Assembly: GCA_041891055.1 (NCBI GenBank)
Contig: CP169074.1
Span: 1,600,001 to 1,664,000 of the forward strand
From: Halorutilales archaeon Cl-col2-1
GTDB lineage: Archaea > Halobacteriota > Halobacteria > Halobacteriales > Afararchaeaceae
Direction of reading: 5' to 3'
Length of the DNA: 64,000 nucleotides
Both the position numbers and the translations under genes were made by a program. Shown piece after piece: positions 38,058 through 48,987 of this stretch. Every line of letters starts with the position of its first letter. Position 1 is the first letter of the stretch. The notes under the pieces were generated by a model, which was not told the DNA's origin, did no database searches, and was given only the letters and a program-made list of their open reading frames with translations.

Positions 38058-39413
38058 ATGGTAACAGTATCTACTGTCGTGCTTCTTGGAGTTGGAGCCA
38101 TGGTAGTTCTCATGGTTCTGAGTGCCTTCTTCTCATCCAGCGAGATAGCCATGTTCTCGCTTGAGAGACACAAGATAGAGTCGATGGAGGACTCGGATGA
38201 CAAGAGGGCAGCCGTCTTAAGCGAGCTACGTTCCAATCCCCACCGTCTCCTCGTGACTATACTCGTCGGGAACAACGTCGTCAACATAGCTATGTCGAGT
38301 ATAGCGACGGTTCTCTTCGGGATATACTTCACCAACAGCGGCTTAGCCGTCACCGCGGCGACCGTAGTGGTGAGTTTCTTCGTCCTCATACTCGGCGAGA
38401 GCGCTCCGAAGTCTTACGCTGTCGAGAACGCCGAGTCGTGGGCGCTCAGAATATCACGTCCACTTAGACTCTCACAGAAGGTGATGTTTCCTGCTATACT
38501 CTTCTTCGACTATCTCACACGGGTAGTCAACAAGATCACGGGAGGACGTTCGGACATAGAGACGTCATATATCACGCGTGACGAGATAAAGGGAATACTC
38601 CGTACGGGTGAACGTCAGGGTGCGATAGAGGAAGACGAGAGACGTATGCTCCAGAGGGTTCTCAACTTCAGGAACACAATAGCCAAGGAGGTTATGACAC
38701 CCCGCCTCGACATAGTCGCTGTCGACGACGAGACCTCACTCGACGAGATACTCGAAATATGTATCGAGAACCACTACACTCGTCTCCCAGTCTACCACGA
38801 CACACTCGACCATATCGAGGGGATTGTCGACCTGCGTGACGTACTCAGGGCGAGACAGACGGGCGAGACCCTCGATGACATAATACAGCCGACGCTTCAC
38901 GTCCCCGAGACGAAGGAGATAGATGAACTCCTCACCGAGATGAGGGTCGAGCGCATACGTCTCTCGGTCGTCATAGACGAGTTCGGCTCGACACAGGGAA
39001 TAGTCTCGATAGAGGACATGGTCGAGGAGGTTGTCGGCGAGATATTCGAGACACAGCAGGAGGAGCCGCCGATAGAGGAGGTCGACCAGAACACTCTCGT
39101 CGTCAAGGGAGAGGTCAACATAGACGAGGTCAATGAGACACTCGGTGTCGACCTACCTGAGGAAGGTGAGTTCGAGACGGTCGCGGGGTTCATCTACAAC
39201 CGGATGGGACGTCTCGTAGACGACGGAGAGACGATAGACCACGACGGGGTCAGACTCACCATAGAGGAGACGGAGGGAACTAGGATTCTCCGTGTCAGGG
39301 TTGAGAAGACCGAGTCGGGGATCGACGACACTACTCAAGAACCCGGAACTGACCAGATGTCTGACGCGGGGACAGCCGACGACGAACCTGAGTCCGAGGG
39401 TGATACTGAATGA
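38058..39413 (+). CDS. CNNM/HlyC/CorC-family (DUF21 + CBS) membrane protein
   Basis: SAFFSSSEIA, LVGNNVVNI, GESAPKS, EVMTPR, IDEFG; start could be ATG 37986. Confidence 0.92.
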   Translation: MVTVSTVVLLGVGAMVVLMVLSAFFSSSEIAMFSLERHKIESMEDSDDKRAAVLSELRSNPHRLLVTILVGNNVVNIAMSSIATVLFGIYFTNSGLAVTAATVVVSFFVLILGESAPKSYAVENAESWALRISRPLRLSQKVMFPAILFFDYLTRVVNKITGGRSDIETSYITRDEIKGILRTGERQGAIEEDERRMLQRVLNFRNTIAKEVMTPRLDIVAVDDETSLDEILEICIENHYTRLPVYHDTLDHIEGIVDLRDVLRARQTGETLDDIIQPTLHVPETKEIDELLTEMRVERIRLSVVIDEFGSTQGIVSIEDMVEEVVGEIFETQQEEPPIEEVDQNTLVVKGEVNIDEVNETLGVDLPEEGEFETVAGFIYNRMGRLVDDGETIDHDGVRLTIEETEGTRILRVRVEKTESGIDDTTQEPGTDQMSDAGTADDEPESEGDTE

Positions 39414-41023
39414 TCGTAGGGGTAGACGCCGGAGGTACGAACGTAGACGCCGTAGGACTCGACCCCGACGAAGGCGTCGTGACTACCTCGAAGACTAGCC
39501 TCGATCCCTCGAACCCCTCGAAGTCGGTTCGTGACTCCGTCTCGGGTCTCGAAGTAGACGGTAACGACGTCGAACGCGTGGTCGTCGCCACTACACTCGT
39601 CCTCAACTCCGCGTTACAGGACAGGCTCCCCGACGTCACGAACGTCGTGGTTCCCGGTCCAGGTCTCTCGCCAAGGCTTGCATTCCACGGCGACGAGAAC
39701 ATAGTAGCGAGGGGGGCAGTCGATCACAGGGGACGTCTGACCGAGGACGCGCGTCTCGGGGAGTCTCCGTCGAACTCCGTCGTGGCTGTGACTTCGAAGT
39801 TCTCACCACGGAACCCCGAGGTCGAGGAGACTATCGCCGACGGAATTGACGCCGACTTCATAGCACTCGGGAACGAGTCGGGTGGAAAGCTCGGATTCCC
39901 CGAGCGTGCGGCGACGACCGTCTTCAACGCGAAGTCGAAGACAGTCTTCGAGAGATTCGAGTACGACATAGGTGAGGCGCTCGCGGATGTGGGGGTCGAC
40001 GCCCCTGTCTACTACCTCAAGGGTGACGGTGCTATGCTCTCGGAGGACGCCGCGCTCTCGAACCCTTCTCACACTGTCAGAAGCGGATCAGCGGCGAGCG
40101 CGCTCGGACTCGGGTCACTCTCGGGTAGACGTGACGCCATCTGTGTCGACATAGGAGGCACGACGACTGACATAACTGTCCTCGACGACGGCTTTCCGAT
40201 CACAGAGGAGGGATACACTGTTAACGGTCTGAGTACCTACTACGACGGCGTCGACTCGGTTAACCTCCCCCTGGGTGGTGACACGGCTGTCGACGACGAC
40301 GGTCTGACGGAACACCGCAGGGGCTCCGCGGCGGCTTTCGGGGGATCGACTCCGACCCCCACCGATGCCTTGCACGTCACGCGTGAGATGGCACAGGGCG
40401 ATGTGACCTCGGCTGAGACAGCCTTCGACTCTGTCAGTGTCTCGGCTGACGAGGTGATAGACGAAGCAGTCTCACGTATAGCAGACGAGGTCGGGAGTCT
40501 CGCGCGCGACTACGCGAAGGACACAGTCGTCGCAGGAGGAGTCTTAGCGCCGTACCTCGCTCCCCGTATAGGCGAGGCGGTCGACCCGGAGGTCGAGGTC
40601 GTAGTCCCCGACAACGCCGAGGTATCGGGTGCCGCAGGCTGTGCAGCGGCACGTGTGAGTGTCAAGACAGACGTACATATCGACACCGTCCAGAACGTCA
40701 CCACAGTCACGGCTCTCGGCTCCACGAAGAGAGAGACGAGCTACGACGACCTCGGAGACGACCACCTCAGACGGATCGCGTGTGACGAGGCTCTCAGAGC
40801 GGCTGAGGACGCGGGAGCGCGCCGTAGCTACGACTACGGCAACGGAGTCGATGACACAGACACAGACCACGCCGAGGTCGAGGTTCTCAACGCGAGGATC
40901 TTCAACGTCGTCGAGAACAGCCGTGTCGCGGGACAGATAGCCGACGCCACCGCACAAGTCGTCCCAGACCTGAGCTACAGGCACGGATCGGATAACGAAA
41001 ACAGAGACAGAGACGAAGCATGA
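39410..41023 (+). CDS. Hydantoinase/oxoprolinase A family ATPase
   Basis: GVDAGGTNVDAV, VATTLVLN, ERAATTVFNA, VDIGGTTTDI, PTPTDAL. Confidence 0.85.
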   Translation: MIVGVDAGGTNVDAVGLDPDEGVVTTSKTSLDPSNPSKSVRDSVSGLEVDGNDVERVVVATTLVLNSALQDRLPDVTNVVVPGPGLSPRLAFHGDENIVARGAVDHRGRLTEDARLGESPSNSVVAVTSKFSPRNPEVEETIADGIDADFIALGNESGGKLGFPERAATTVFNAKSKTVFERFEYDIGEALADVGVDAPVYYLKGDGAMLSEDAALSNPSHTVRSGSAASALGLGSLSGRRDAICVDIGGTTTDITVLDDGFPITEEGYTVNGLSTYYDGVDSVNLPLGGDTAVDDDGLTEHRRGSAAAFGGSTPTPTDALHVTREMAQGDVTSAETAFDSVSVSADEVIDEAVSRIADEVGSLARDYAKDTVVAGGVLAPYLAPRIGEAVDPEVEVVVPDNAEVSGAAGCAAARVSVKTDVHIDTVQNVTTVTALGSTKRETSYDDLGDDHLRRIACDEALRAAEDAGARRSYDYGNGVDDTDTDHAEVEVLNARIFNVVENSRVAGQIADATAQVVPDLSYRHGSDNENRDRDEA

Positions 41024-42084
41024 CACTCGGACTAGTCTACGACGACGACTACCTACTCCACGAACACACGCCGACGCATCCCGAGAGACGTGAGCGTCTC
41101 GCCTACACGATGGATCAGCTTGAGGAGGAGGGTGTCTTCGATCTCCCCGAAGTCGAACTCGTCGATCCCGATCCCGCGTCGTACGAAGACCTCCTGCGTG
41201 TCCACGACGAGGAGTATCTCGAAAGCCTGAGGTCGATGTCTGACTCCGGAGAGGGTTCGTTGAGCCCTGACACACATGTCTCCGAACACACGTGGCACTC
41301 GGCACGTCTCTCAGCGGGTGGCGTAAAGCTCGGGGGCGAGTTAGTCGTAGACGGCGACTACGACACCTCGTTCGTGATGTCACGTCCCGGGGGACACCAC
41401 GCTTTCCCCGACAGAGGACACGGCTTCTGTTTCATAAACAACACCGCCGTGATGGTGAAGTATCTACAGGAGGTCAAGGACGTCGGCAAGGTTCTGATCT
41501 GGGACTGGGACGCCCACCACTTCGACGGCACACAGGAGATATTCTACGACGACCCCTCGGTTCTCGCAGTCTCGACACACCAGGACGGCAGGACGCTCTT
41601 CCCCGGCACGGGGTACGCACATGAGGTCGGAAAGGGCGAAGGCGAGGGATACACCGTCAACGTGCCTCTACCTCCGAAGACGGGCGACGACGGCTACCTC
41701 AGAGTCGTCGACGAGGTGTTCGAGCCGATAGCACGTGAGTTCGACCCCGATCTACTCTTCATAGAGGCGGGTCAGGACAACCATTTCACCGATCCCATCA
41801 CGGATCTTGGCGTCACTGCGAGTGGCTACGCGACTCTGATGGACAGGGCGGTCGAGACAGCCGACGAAGTATGTGACGGCGGTGTAGTCGCGTCGCTCTC
41901 GGGGGGATACGGAATAGAAGGAGGTCTTCCGTATACCAACCTCGCAGTCATAGGATCTCTCGCAGGTCTCGACATCTCACAGATACGTGAACCCTCGATC
42001 TACGATCCTCCGACGGAGTCGCCCGATGTCTCTGATGTCTTAGAAGAGGTAAAGGATATACAGTCGGAGTACTGGGATTTCTAG
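41020..42084 (+). CDS. Histone deacetylase family protein
   Basis: HPERRERL, RPGGHHA, GFCFINN, DWDAHHFDGTQ, AGQD. Confidence 0.93.
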   Translation: MTLGLVYDDDYLLHEHTPTHPERRERLAYTMDQLEEEGVFDLPEVELVDPDPASYEDLLRVHDEEYLESLRSMSDSGEGSLSPDTHVSEHTWHSARLSAGGVKLGGELVVDGDYDTSFVMSRPGGHHAFPDRGHGFCFINNTAVMVKYLQEVKDVGKVLIWDWDAHHFDGTQEIFYDDPSVLAVSTHQDGRTLFPGTGYAHEVGKGEGEGYTVNVPLPPKTGDDGYLRVVDEVFEPIAREFDPDLLFIEAGQDNHFTDPITDLGVTASGYATLMDRAVETADEVCDGGVVASLSGGYGIEGGLPYTNLAVIGSLAGLDISQIREPSIYDPPTESPDVSDVLEEVKDIQSEYWDF

Positions 42085-42087
42085 GCT

Positions 42088-42573
42088 CTAGTCGACTATA
42101 CCTTCGAGTATGTCCTCTCGCGTCACAATTCCGACGAAGTTGCCGTCGTTGTCGAGGACGGGAAGACGGTTGATGCTGTAATTCACCATGAGATGAGACG
42201 CATCTTCGACTGTGTCGTCCGCCGACGCCGTCTTGACGTCACGTGTCATGACGTCCCTCACGGGCATCTCACCTATATCTTCGAGTTCCTCCTCGATTAT
42301 GTCGTGTCTCTCTAGCCACTCTCTGAGAGGGAACGCTCTGAGGGGGAGCTCTATCGCCTCAAAGGGTGACGGAAGCCAGATGTTCTTCTCCTCCTCCTTC
42401 GTGTCTATGAGATCGAGAAGGTCAGCTTCGCTCACCACTCCGAGGACGACGTTGTCCTCTACGACGGGCATCCCGCTCACGTCGTTCTCGCGCAGACTCT
42501 TAGCCACCTCGCTCACTGTCTCGTCGGGCGAAGCCGTAACGACGTCGGTCTCCATCACCTCGCTGACCTTCAT
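42088..42573 (-). CDS. CBS-pair protein
   Basis: Two CBS repeats (VSGMPVV; INRLPVL...GIVTREDI). Confidence 0.92.
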   Translation of the reverse strand: MKVSEVMETDVVTASPDETVSEVAKSLRENDVSGMPVVEDNVVLGVVSEADLLDLIDTKEEEKNIWLPSPFEAIELPLRAFPLREWLERHDIIEEELEDIGEMPVRDVMTRDVKTASADDTVEDASHLMVNYSINRLPVLDNDGNFVGIVTREDILEGIVD

Positions 42574-42579
42574 TCTGAG

Positions 42580-43668
42580 TCAGTCAACCCTCTCGGCGTC
42601 GTCACGTACCTCGACTTCGTCGTTTGTCGAGCCGTCCGCGTCTGTCTCCATATCCGTGCCTGCACCCGTCTCTACGTCAGCGCCCTCGTCTTCCTCCTCG
42701 GTACGTGCGGCGACGAGTGCGCCCTTGGAGACGCTGTACAGGGGATCCTCTGCCTGCCTCACCCTGCTGATCGAGAAGGGTATGTCGGCGTTCGAGAGGC
42801 TCTCCTCGAAGAGCTCCTCGAATCCGCGCGGGCTCGACGTTCCTCCCGTGACGACGACGGGGACGTCAAGACCTTCCTCAATGTCCTCCTCGTCGACCTC
42901 CTCCTGTATGTTCTCGATTATGTAGTCTATGAGGTTGTTGTAGTAGATAGAGAGAGCGCCCTCGACCCCGCCGACGTCTGTTCTGAAGTCGAGCTTGAAG
43001 TCGTCTTCCTTTATAGAGGTGACCTTGTCGACGGGTGTTCCTGTCGCACTCGCCGCCTCTTCGTCTATCCAGTCGCCACCTCTCGCTATCGAGAACTTCA
43101 TCACGGGGACTGCGTAGTACGCGAGACAGACGTTCGTCATTCCCGCGCCGAAGCTTATACCTAATCCGGTGAAGTTGTGGTCGGCTAGCTCGGAGTAGAT
43201 CACAGCCATTCCCTCGTTGATCGGCTCGGGGTCGTATCCTATGTCACCGAGGAGTGATTCGAGAGTTTTCTGGTGATACAGAGTCGATATGTCGGAGTCT
43301 ATGGGATCGGCGGGGGTAGAGTAGTAGAGACGTTCGTTGTGTCTCCTCGGCTCGCCGACGACCTGTTCGGTTATGAGCTTGATCATTGGGATAGCCGACT
43401 TCTCGTCGCTCGAAAGTATTCCGTGCTGCATCGGCCGGCGCGTCTCCTCGTTAAATATATTAGCGAAGTTGAGGGCGTCGTCGCCGACTACGTAGACCTG
43501 GTCGTCCTTCCTAATGTGGAGAACATCACTTCTCGACAGCATCCGCTCCGCCATGTCGCTGTGCTCTATCTCGACGAAGGAGTTTCTCTGCTGTACGAAA
43601 GCCGTCTCGTCTCCGTCCTGGCGGGACGAGATAATGTTCATCGTCCCGACGTCCAATCCTTTTGCCAT
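42580..43668 (-). CDS. volA: Haloarchaeal actin homolog (volactin-like)
   Basis: [28 protein letters not shown] actin-fold motifs; N-terminus matches recalled volactin. Confidence 0.82.
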   Translation of the reverse strand: MAKGLDVGTMNIISSRQDGDETAFVQQRNSFVEIEHSDMAERMLSRSDVLHIRKDDQVYVVGDDALNFANIFNEETRRPMQHGILSSDEKSAIPMIKLITEQVVGEPRRHNERLYYSTPADPIDSDISTLYHQKTLESLLGDIGYDPEPINEGMAVIYSELADHNFTGLGISFGAGMTNVCLAYYAVPVMKFSIARGGDWIDEEAASATGTPVDKVTSIKEDDFKLDFRTDVGGVEGALSIYYNNLIDYIIENIQEEVDEEDIEEGLDVPVVVTGGTSSPRGFEELFEESLSNADIPFSISRVRQAEDPLYSVSKGALVAARTEEEDEGADVETGAGTDMETDADGSTNDEVEVRDDAERVD

Positions 43669-43710
43669 GCTCCCAAGATACGTCTCGGGATTAATAAAAG
43701 TAACTTACAA

Positions 43711-44613
43711 TTAAGTCAGCCATCTCCTGATTTTGTCGACGAGTCCCCCGGAGTCTGTTTTTACTCCTCCCACTCCCTCCGATCCTGACTCCGCGTCTCC
43801 CTGGTTACGGAGCTGTCTGAGAGCCTCCGTCTGGTCGTCGGTGCTCCCACCTTTCGCCTCCTTTGTCTCACCTCCCTTGAGATTCTTGAGTCCCGAGACA
43901 GCCTCGTCGACAGCGGAACCCGACGCTCTCGTCTCCTCGGCGTCGACGTCAAACCCCTGTCCGCTTATCTCCGTGTCAACATCGAGGCTGAGACGTTTGG
44001 TCTCCTTCTTTTCGACTCCTCCCCACGATATCTCGGTCGTACTCATTGCCTCCTCTATGTCGCTCTCGACGTCTTCTTGTGAGACCTTGGGTCTCGTATC
44101 CGTCTCAGTCTCCGACTCTTCGGATCGTTCGCCTACCCCACGTGCCTTTTCGAGATGGTGGGCTATCAGAGCCGCTCCAGTCGACGACACCACGAGCGCG
44201 AGACCGACTGCGTAGACCGAGACAACACGCGCAGTCACAGACTGATCGACGTTGAAATTCGAAGGATAAGACGAGGCGAACATCACGACACCCACGACAC
44301 AGACAGCGGTTCCCGTGACTGCGGCGTATACGGCGCGTTTTCTCACAGGCAGGAGAACCGCTACTCCGAGCATCACTAAGGGAAGGCCCACGATAGCCAT
44401 GCTGATCGATGTCTCACGCAATGTCCAGTAGAGATCGGAGCCGACCTCGGTCGCGGTGCTCGGAAGAAAGATCACTAGACTCAGAAGACCTAGGGCTATT
44501 CCGCCGAGGAATATTCCGAAGCCTGCGTAGACATCGGTCTTGGCGTCGGGCTCGCCTATGTAACGCAGGTACCAGTCGAAGAGGACGTTGTCGGGAAGAT
44601 CGTCTCTGTCCAT
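43711..44613 (-). CDS. Haloarchaeal 4-TM membrane protein with acidic tail
   Basis: YLRYIGEPD, four TM segments, C-terminal amphipathic LVDKIRRWL. Confidence 0.75.
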   Translation of the reverse strand: MDRDDLPDNVLFDWYLRYIGEPDAKTDVYAGFGIFLGGIALGLLSLVIFLPSTATEVGSDLYWTLRETSISMAIVGLPLVMLGVAVLLPVRKRAVYAAVTGTAVCVVGVVMFASSYPSNFNVDQSVTARVVSVYAVGLALVVSSTGAALIAHHLEKARGVGERSEESETETDTRPKVSQEDVESDIEEAMSTTEISWGGVEKKETKRLSLDVDTEISGQGFDVDAEETRASGSAVDEAVSGLKNLKGGETKEAKGGSTDDQTEALRQLRNQGDAESGSEGVGGVKTDSGGLVDKIRRWLT

Positions 44614-44711
44614 CTGTTAGATGGAGTCTATTGCTCTGGGCGATTATTAATAGTTACGGCGGTGTGGGTCGAAATCAGTCGATTCTTGTTACTCCCCGAC
44701 GACTTAACTCC

Positions 44712-45659
44712 GTGTCACTCGTCTCTGCGTTCACGACTGCGATAGCCCCCATACTCGGTATCACGGGAGTGGGGTATCTCCTCGGAACCAGGTTTGACAT
44801 AGAAGTCGAGTCTGTAAATACTGTGGCGCTCTACTTCTTCGTTCCCGCTCTCGTCTTCCACAGCCTCGTGACTACCGACCTCGGGGGTCGTGCGGTCGCC
44901 AGCCTCTCTGTCGGAGTCGTAGCCTATGTCTTCGCAATGATGACTCTCGGCTTCGGCGCGTCGAAGATACTCGGCGAGCCGCGGTCGATCGCGAGCGTCG
45001 TCGTGCTTTCGAGTGCCTTCCCCAACTCGGGATTCATAGGCGTCCCTCTCTCTGAGTTCGCTTTCGGCGAGGTAGGACGCACTACGGCGGTTCTCTTCCT
45101 CACCGTCCAGAACCTTCTAGTCTATACACTCGGTGTCTATGTCGCTTCGTCGGGAACCGCCGACACCCGAGAGAGCCTGATCGAGATTCTGCGTCTCCCT
45201 CTAATATATGCGGTCGTCGCCGCAGTCGTCGTGAGGTACCTCGGCGTACTCCCGTCCGACTCGGTGATGGAGACGGTACGTCTCGTCGGCGACGCCTCGA
45301 TACCCCTGATGCTCACAGTCCTCGGCGTCCAGCTAGTCGACGTAGACCTCGGTAGAACGTCGCCCTCACGTATAGCCCTCCCGACGGCTCTCAAGCTACT
45401 CGTCGCACCCGCTGTCGGCTTAGTCATCGCTCTGGGGGTCGGCTTCGAAGACAGTAGGGTCGCCGATGTCTTCGTCCTCGAATCCGCGACTCCCGCAGCT
45501 ATAATACCTCTCGCTCTCACGATAGCCTACTCCGACTCCGGCGAGACTGACGGCGTTTCTCTGTCCGAGTACATGAGTACAGTGATACTCGTCACCACAG
45601 TCGGGAGCATCGTGACACTCACTCTAATCATAGCCTTCCTCAAGTCGGGTCTACTCTGA
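44712..45659 (+). CDS. AEC-family (malate permease-like) transporter
   Basis: PALVF, FPNSGFIGVPL, GDASIPLML, KLLVAP; GTG start inferred. Confidence 0.9.
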   Translation: MSLVSAFTTAIAPILGITGVGYLLGTRFDIEVESVNTVALYFFVPALVFHSLVTTDLGGRAVASLSVGVVAYVFAMMTLGFGASKILGEPRSIASVVVLSSAFPNSGFIGVPLSEFAFGEVGRTTAVLFLTVQNLLVYTLGVYVASSGTADTRESLIEILRLPLIYAVVAAVVVRYLGVLPSDSVMETVRLVGDASIPLMLTVLGVQLVDVDLGRTSPSRIALPTALKLLVAPAVGLVIALGVGFEDSRVADVFVLESATPAAIIPLALTIAYSDSGETDGVSLSEYMSTVILVTTVGSIVTLTLIIAFLKSGLL

Positions 45660-45732
45660 GACAAAGGAACAGTATTATACTCGTCCTACACTATTACCGA
45701 CACATGACAGACCAGATCAGAGGGGATACAGA

Positions 45733-46707
45733 ATGAGCGAAATAGTAGGGACTACAGCGGGATACTTCCCGCGACCCGACTACGTCATAGAGACCCTCAA
45801 GGAGCACGAAGGACACCAGAAGGAAGGACTCGATCCCGAGGTCGAGAGACAACTCGAAGAGACATTCGACAGAGGAAGAAAGGATGTCATCGAGGTACAG
45901 GAGGATGCCGGACTCGAACTCGTGACTGAGGGACAGTTAGCGTGGGACGACATACTCGCCTTCCCCGCGACACGTATCGACGGTATCGACATGAAGGGCA
46001 TCATACGGTTCTACGACAACAACCGTTACTACCGCCGTCCTATGGTCGAGGACGAACTCGGACACTCGCAGGGTCTCACAGTCGACGAGTACGAACACGC
46101 AGTCGAGATAGCCGACTCTGAGGCGAAGGCTGTGATGGCAGGAGCCTACTCGCTCGGGGATCTCTCCGACGACGACTACTACGGAGACGAGGACGATTAC
46201 CTCGCGGGATTCGCCGACGTAGTCAACGCCGAACTCGAAGCACTCGTCGACGCGGGTGCCGAGACTATACAGCTCGACGAGCCGTCTCTCATAAACGCCA
46301 CCGACGACGACGAGATCCAGAAGGCTGTCGAGACGGTCGAGAGATCCGTCGAGGGGATCGACGCCGACGTGATAGTCAACACCTACTTCGGAGACATAGC
46401 CGACGTCTACCCCGACCTTCTCGATGCAGTCGACGGGATAGGAATAGACGTAGTCGCTGGAGAAGAAAACATAGACGCAGTCAACGAGTACGGAGCCCCT
46501 GAGAGTCTCCAGATCGGCTGTATGAACTCACGTAACACACGTCTCGAGTCAGTCGAGGAACTCGTCTCGTCTGTCGAAGATGTCTTAGACGCCGGATCGC
46601 CCGAGACCGCCTACGTCGCGCCGAGCGCGGGGCTCGACTTCCTCCCGTGGGTCGTTATGGAGGACAAGGTCGAACGTCTCGGAGAAGCAACACAGGAGGT
46701 AAGATAA
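45733..46707 (+). CDS. Split cobalamin-independent methionine synthase, N-terminal-like subunit
   Basis: [34 protein letters not shown]; lacks Zn ligands. Confidence 0.85.
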   Translation: MSEIVGTTAGYFPRPDYVIETLKEHEGHQKEGLDPEVERQLEETFDRGRKDVIEVQEDAGLELVTEGQLAWDDILAFPATRIDGIDMKGIIRFYDNNRYYRRPMVEDELGHSQGLTVDEYEHAVEIADSEAKAVMAGAYSLGDLSDDDYYGDEDDYLAGFADVVNAELEALVDAGAETIQLDEPSLINATDDDEIQKAVETVERSVEGIDADVIVNTYFGDIADVYPDLLDAVDGIGIDVVAGEENIDAVNEYGAPESLQIGCMNSRNTRLESVEELVSSVEDVLDAGSPETAYVAPSAGLDFLPWVVMEDKVERLGEATQEVR

Positions 46708-47687
46708 TGTACGACGACAAGCTCTTTCCAACTACAGTAATCGGAAGCTATCCCAAGCCCAAGTGGCTCAACGCAGTGAACAGACTACACGAGGACGACG
46801 ACTTCTCCGACGAACGTCTTCAGGAGGCAGAAGATGATGCCGTCCGTGTAGTCATAGACGAACACGAGGACGCCGGAATCGACGTCCTGAGCGACGGAGA
46901 GATGCGACGTGAGGAGATGGTTGAGTTCTTCGCAGAGGAGATTCCCGGATTCGAGTTCAACGGTCCCGTACGTGTCTGGGGTAACAACTACTACGACAAG
47001 CCGAGCGTAGTCGACGACCTCGGAGAGCCGGGTCCTATGCTCGTAGACGAGTACGAGTTCGCGCGTGACGTCACGAGTGAGCTCCACGCCGTCAAGGTTC
47101 CGATCACAGGACCCTACACGATGACCGACTGGGCTTTCAACGAGGTCTACGAACGTGACGAGCTCGTGATGAAGCTCGCCGACATAATGAACGACGAGCT
47201 CAAGAGACTCGCAGACGCGGGCGCGGAGTACATACAGATAGACGAGCCCGCTCTCTCGACACGTCCCGAGGACATCGACCTCGTCAGAGAGGCAACCGCG
47301 GAGGTCGTCGACGGTCTCGACGTCGAGAAGACCTTCATGCATGTCTGTTACGGCGACTTCTCGACGATCTACCCCGACATGCTCGACTTCGAGATCGACC
47401 AGTTCGCACTTGAGTTCGCCAACAACGACTTCGAGTTCGTCGAGACTCTCAAGGAACACGAGTTCACGAAGGAGCTCGGATTCGGCTGTCTCGACGTCCA
47501 CGACGCATCGGTCGAGTCAGTCGAGGAGATAAAACAGAACATAGAGAAGGGTCTCGAAGTCGTGCCGCCCGAGGATCTCTGGGTCAACCCCGACTGTGGA
47601 GTCAAGCTGCTTCCGAGAGACGTAGCCTACCAGAAGATGAAGAACATGGTCGACGCCGCCGACGAGCTCCGAGAGGAGTACGAATAA
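46707..47687 (+). CDS. metE: Split cobalamin-independent methionine synthase, catalytic subunit
   Basis: [27 protein letters not shown] and NPDCG Zn ligands; TAATG overlap. Confidence 0.92.
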   Translation: MYDDKLFPTTVIGSYPKPKWLNAVNRLHEDDDFSDERLQEAEDDAVRVVIDEHEDAGIDVLSDGEMRREEMVEFFAEEIPGFEFNGPVRVWGNNYYDKPSVVDDLGEPGPMLVDEYEFARDVTSELHAVKVPITGPYTMTDWAFNEVYERDELVMKLADIMNDELKRLADAGAEYIQIDEPALSTRPEDIDLVREATAEVVDGLDVEKTFMHVCYGDFSTIYPDMLDFEIDQFALEFANNDFEFVETLKEHEFTKELGFGCLDVHDASVESVEEIKQNIEKGLEVVPPEDLWVNPDCGVKLLPRDVAYQKMKNMVDAADELREEYE

Positions 47688-47696
47688 ATAGTTAAG

Positions 47697-48017
47697 CTAC
47701 CCCTTCTTGAATCCGATGTAGGTTCCCGCGGCGAATCCGCCGCCTATCGGAACCGCACTCGCGAGACTCGTGACATAGCCCGTGGCTTCTCCGGCGTTTG
47801 TCGCTCCCGTCGAGGTCAGGTTAGCGGTTCCGTCGGCGAGTGCGTCCCAGTTGACCGACAGGACGCCTTTCGTCTCTAAGAAACGGAAGAGGGCGAGCTC
47901 TGCACCTATTATGATCGCTATCAGCTTCGCTATCTTCTTTGTCGCATAGCCTATCACGAAGCCGAGTATACCCCCGCCTCCGAACTCCAGACCCATCTGG
48001 AAAGGATCGAGCTCCAT
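47697..48017 (-). CDS. FUN14-family membrane protein
   Basis: GGILGFVIGYATKKIAK, GVLSVNWD, GFKKG. Confidence 0.85.
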   Translation of the reverse strand: MELDPFQMGLEFGGGGILGFVIGYATKKIAKLIAIIIGAELALFRFLETKGVLSVNWDALADGTANLTSTGATNAGEATGYVTSLASAVPIGGGFAAGTYIGFKKG

Positions 48018-48068
48018 AACTCGGCTTCGTACCGCGTCTTTAAACTACTTTCTCATGGACATACGTCT

Positions 48069-48719
48069 ATGACGAGCTTCACCGACGACGAGATAGACTC
48101 CTTTCACCGTCTCGTGAGATCGAGACGTGACATACGGCGTTTTCGGAGCGATGAGGTTCCCGACGACGTCTTGGAGAGGATGCTCGATGCCGCCCACCAC
48201 GCCCCGAGCGTGGGCTTCTCACAGCCGTGGGACTTCGTTCTCGTCGAGGACGACGACAAGAAGTCAGAGATAAAGGACGTCGCCGAGCGTGCCATAAACG
48301 CAGCCGAGGAGGCGTACCGAGAACCCAGAAAGTCGGAGTTCGGGCGTCTCAAGCTTGAAGGCATAGAGGAGTCCCCCGTCAATATCTGTGTGACGTGTGA
48401 CCCGACGAGGGACGCTCCCCACGTCCTAGGAAGGAACTCGATGAGACGTGCCGACGTCTACTCGACGTGTCTCGCCGTCCAGAACCTCTGGCTCGCCGCA
48501 CGTGCTGAGGGAGTCGGAGTCGGCTGGGTTAGCTTCCTGTACCCCCACGAAGTCAGGGAGATACTCGGTATACCCCACCACGTCGAGCCGATCGCGTATC
48601 TGTGTGTCGGATACCCCGAGGAGTTCCCCGACGAGCCGACGTTACAGAAGGAGGGATGGCGAGAGAGGATCGACCTCGAAGACCTCGTCCACAGAGGGTC
48701 GTGGGACACGACCGACTGA
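48069..48719 (+). CDS. bluB: 5,6-dimethylbenzimidazole synthase
   Basis: RRDIRRF, APSVGFSQPWDF, LKLEGI, QNLWLAARAEGVGVGWVS. Confidence 0.93.
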   Translation: MTSFTDDEIDSFHRLVRSRRDIRRFRSDEVPDDVLERMLDAAHHAPSVGFSQPWDFVLVEDDDKKSEIKDVAERAINAAEEAYREPRKSEFGRLKLEGIEESPVNICVTCDPTRDAPHVLGRNSMRRADVYSTCLAVQNLWLAARAEGVGVGWVSFLYPHEVREILGIPHHVEPIAYLCVGYPEEFPDEPTLQKEGWRERIDLEDLVHRGSWDTTD

Positions 48720-48987
48720 CGACACAGACGCCGGTACAGACACAGACAAAGGAGATTAATACCTCGGCGTCGTACTCTCCTGTGCGCGTCATAAATCCCT
48801 CCGTTGACTACGCACTCGCGCTGGATGAGACGGGGAGAACCCTGACGTGCGATATGCCCCGCACGAGGGTTCACCGGAGCCGACAGAGGACTACCAGAGG
48901 ATGAAGCTTCGGAGTTAGTGTACGGGGCTATACCTTACTAACTTTTCCCAGTCTTAATGTTTCACTGCTAACTATACCGACTACGGA

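Noticed and set aside
48760-48945. Cobalamin riboswitch near bluB
   Set aside because: It lies downstream of bluB and lacks a recognisable B12 box; kept only as a generic ncRNA candidate.
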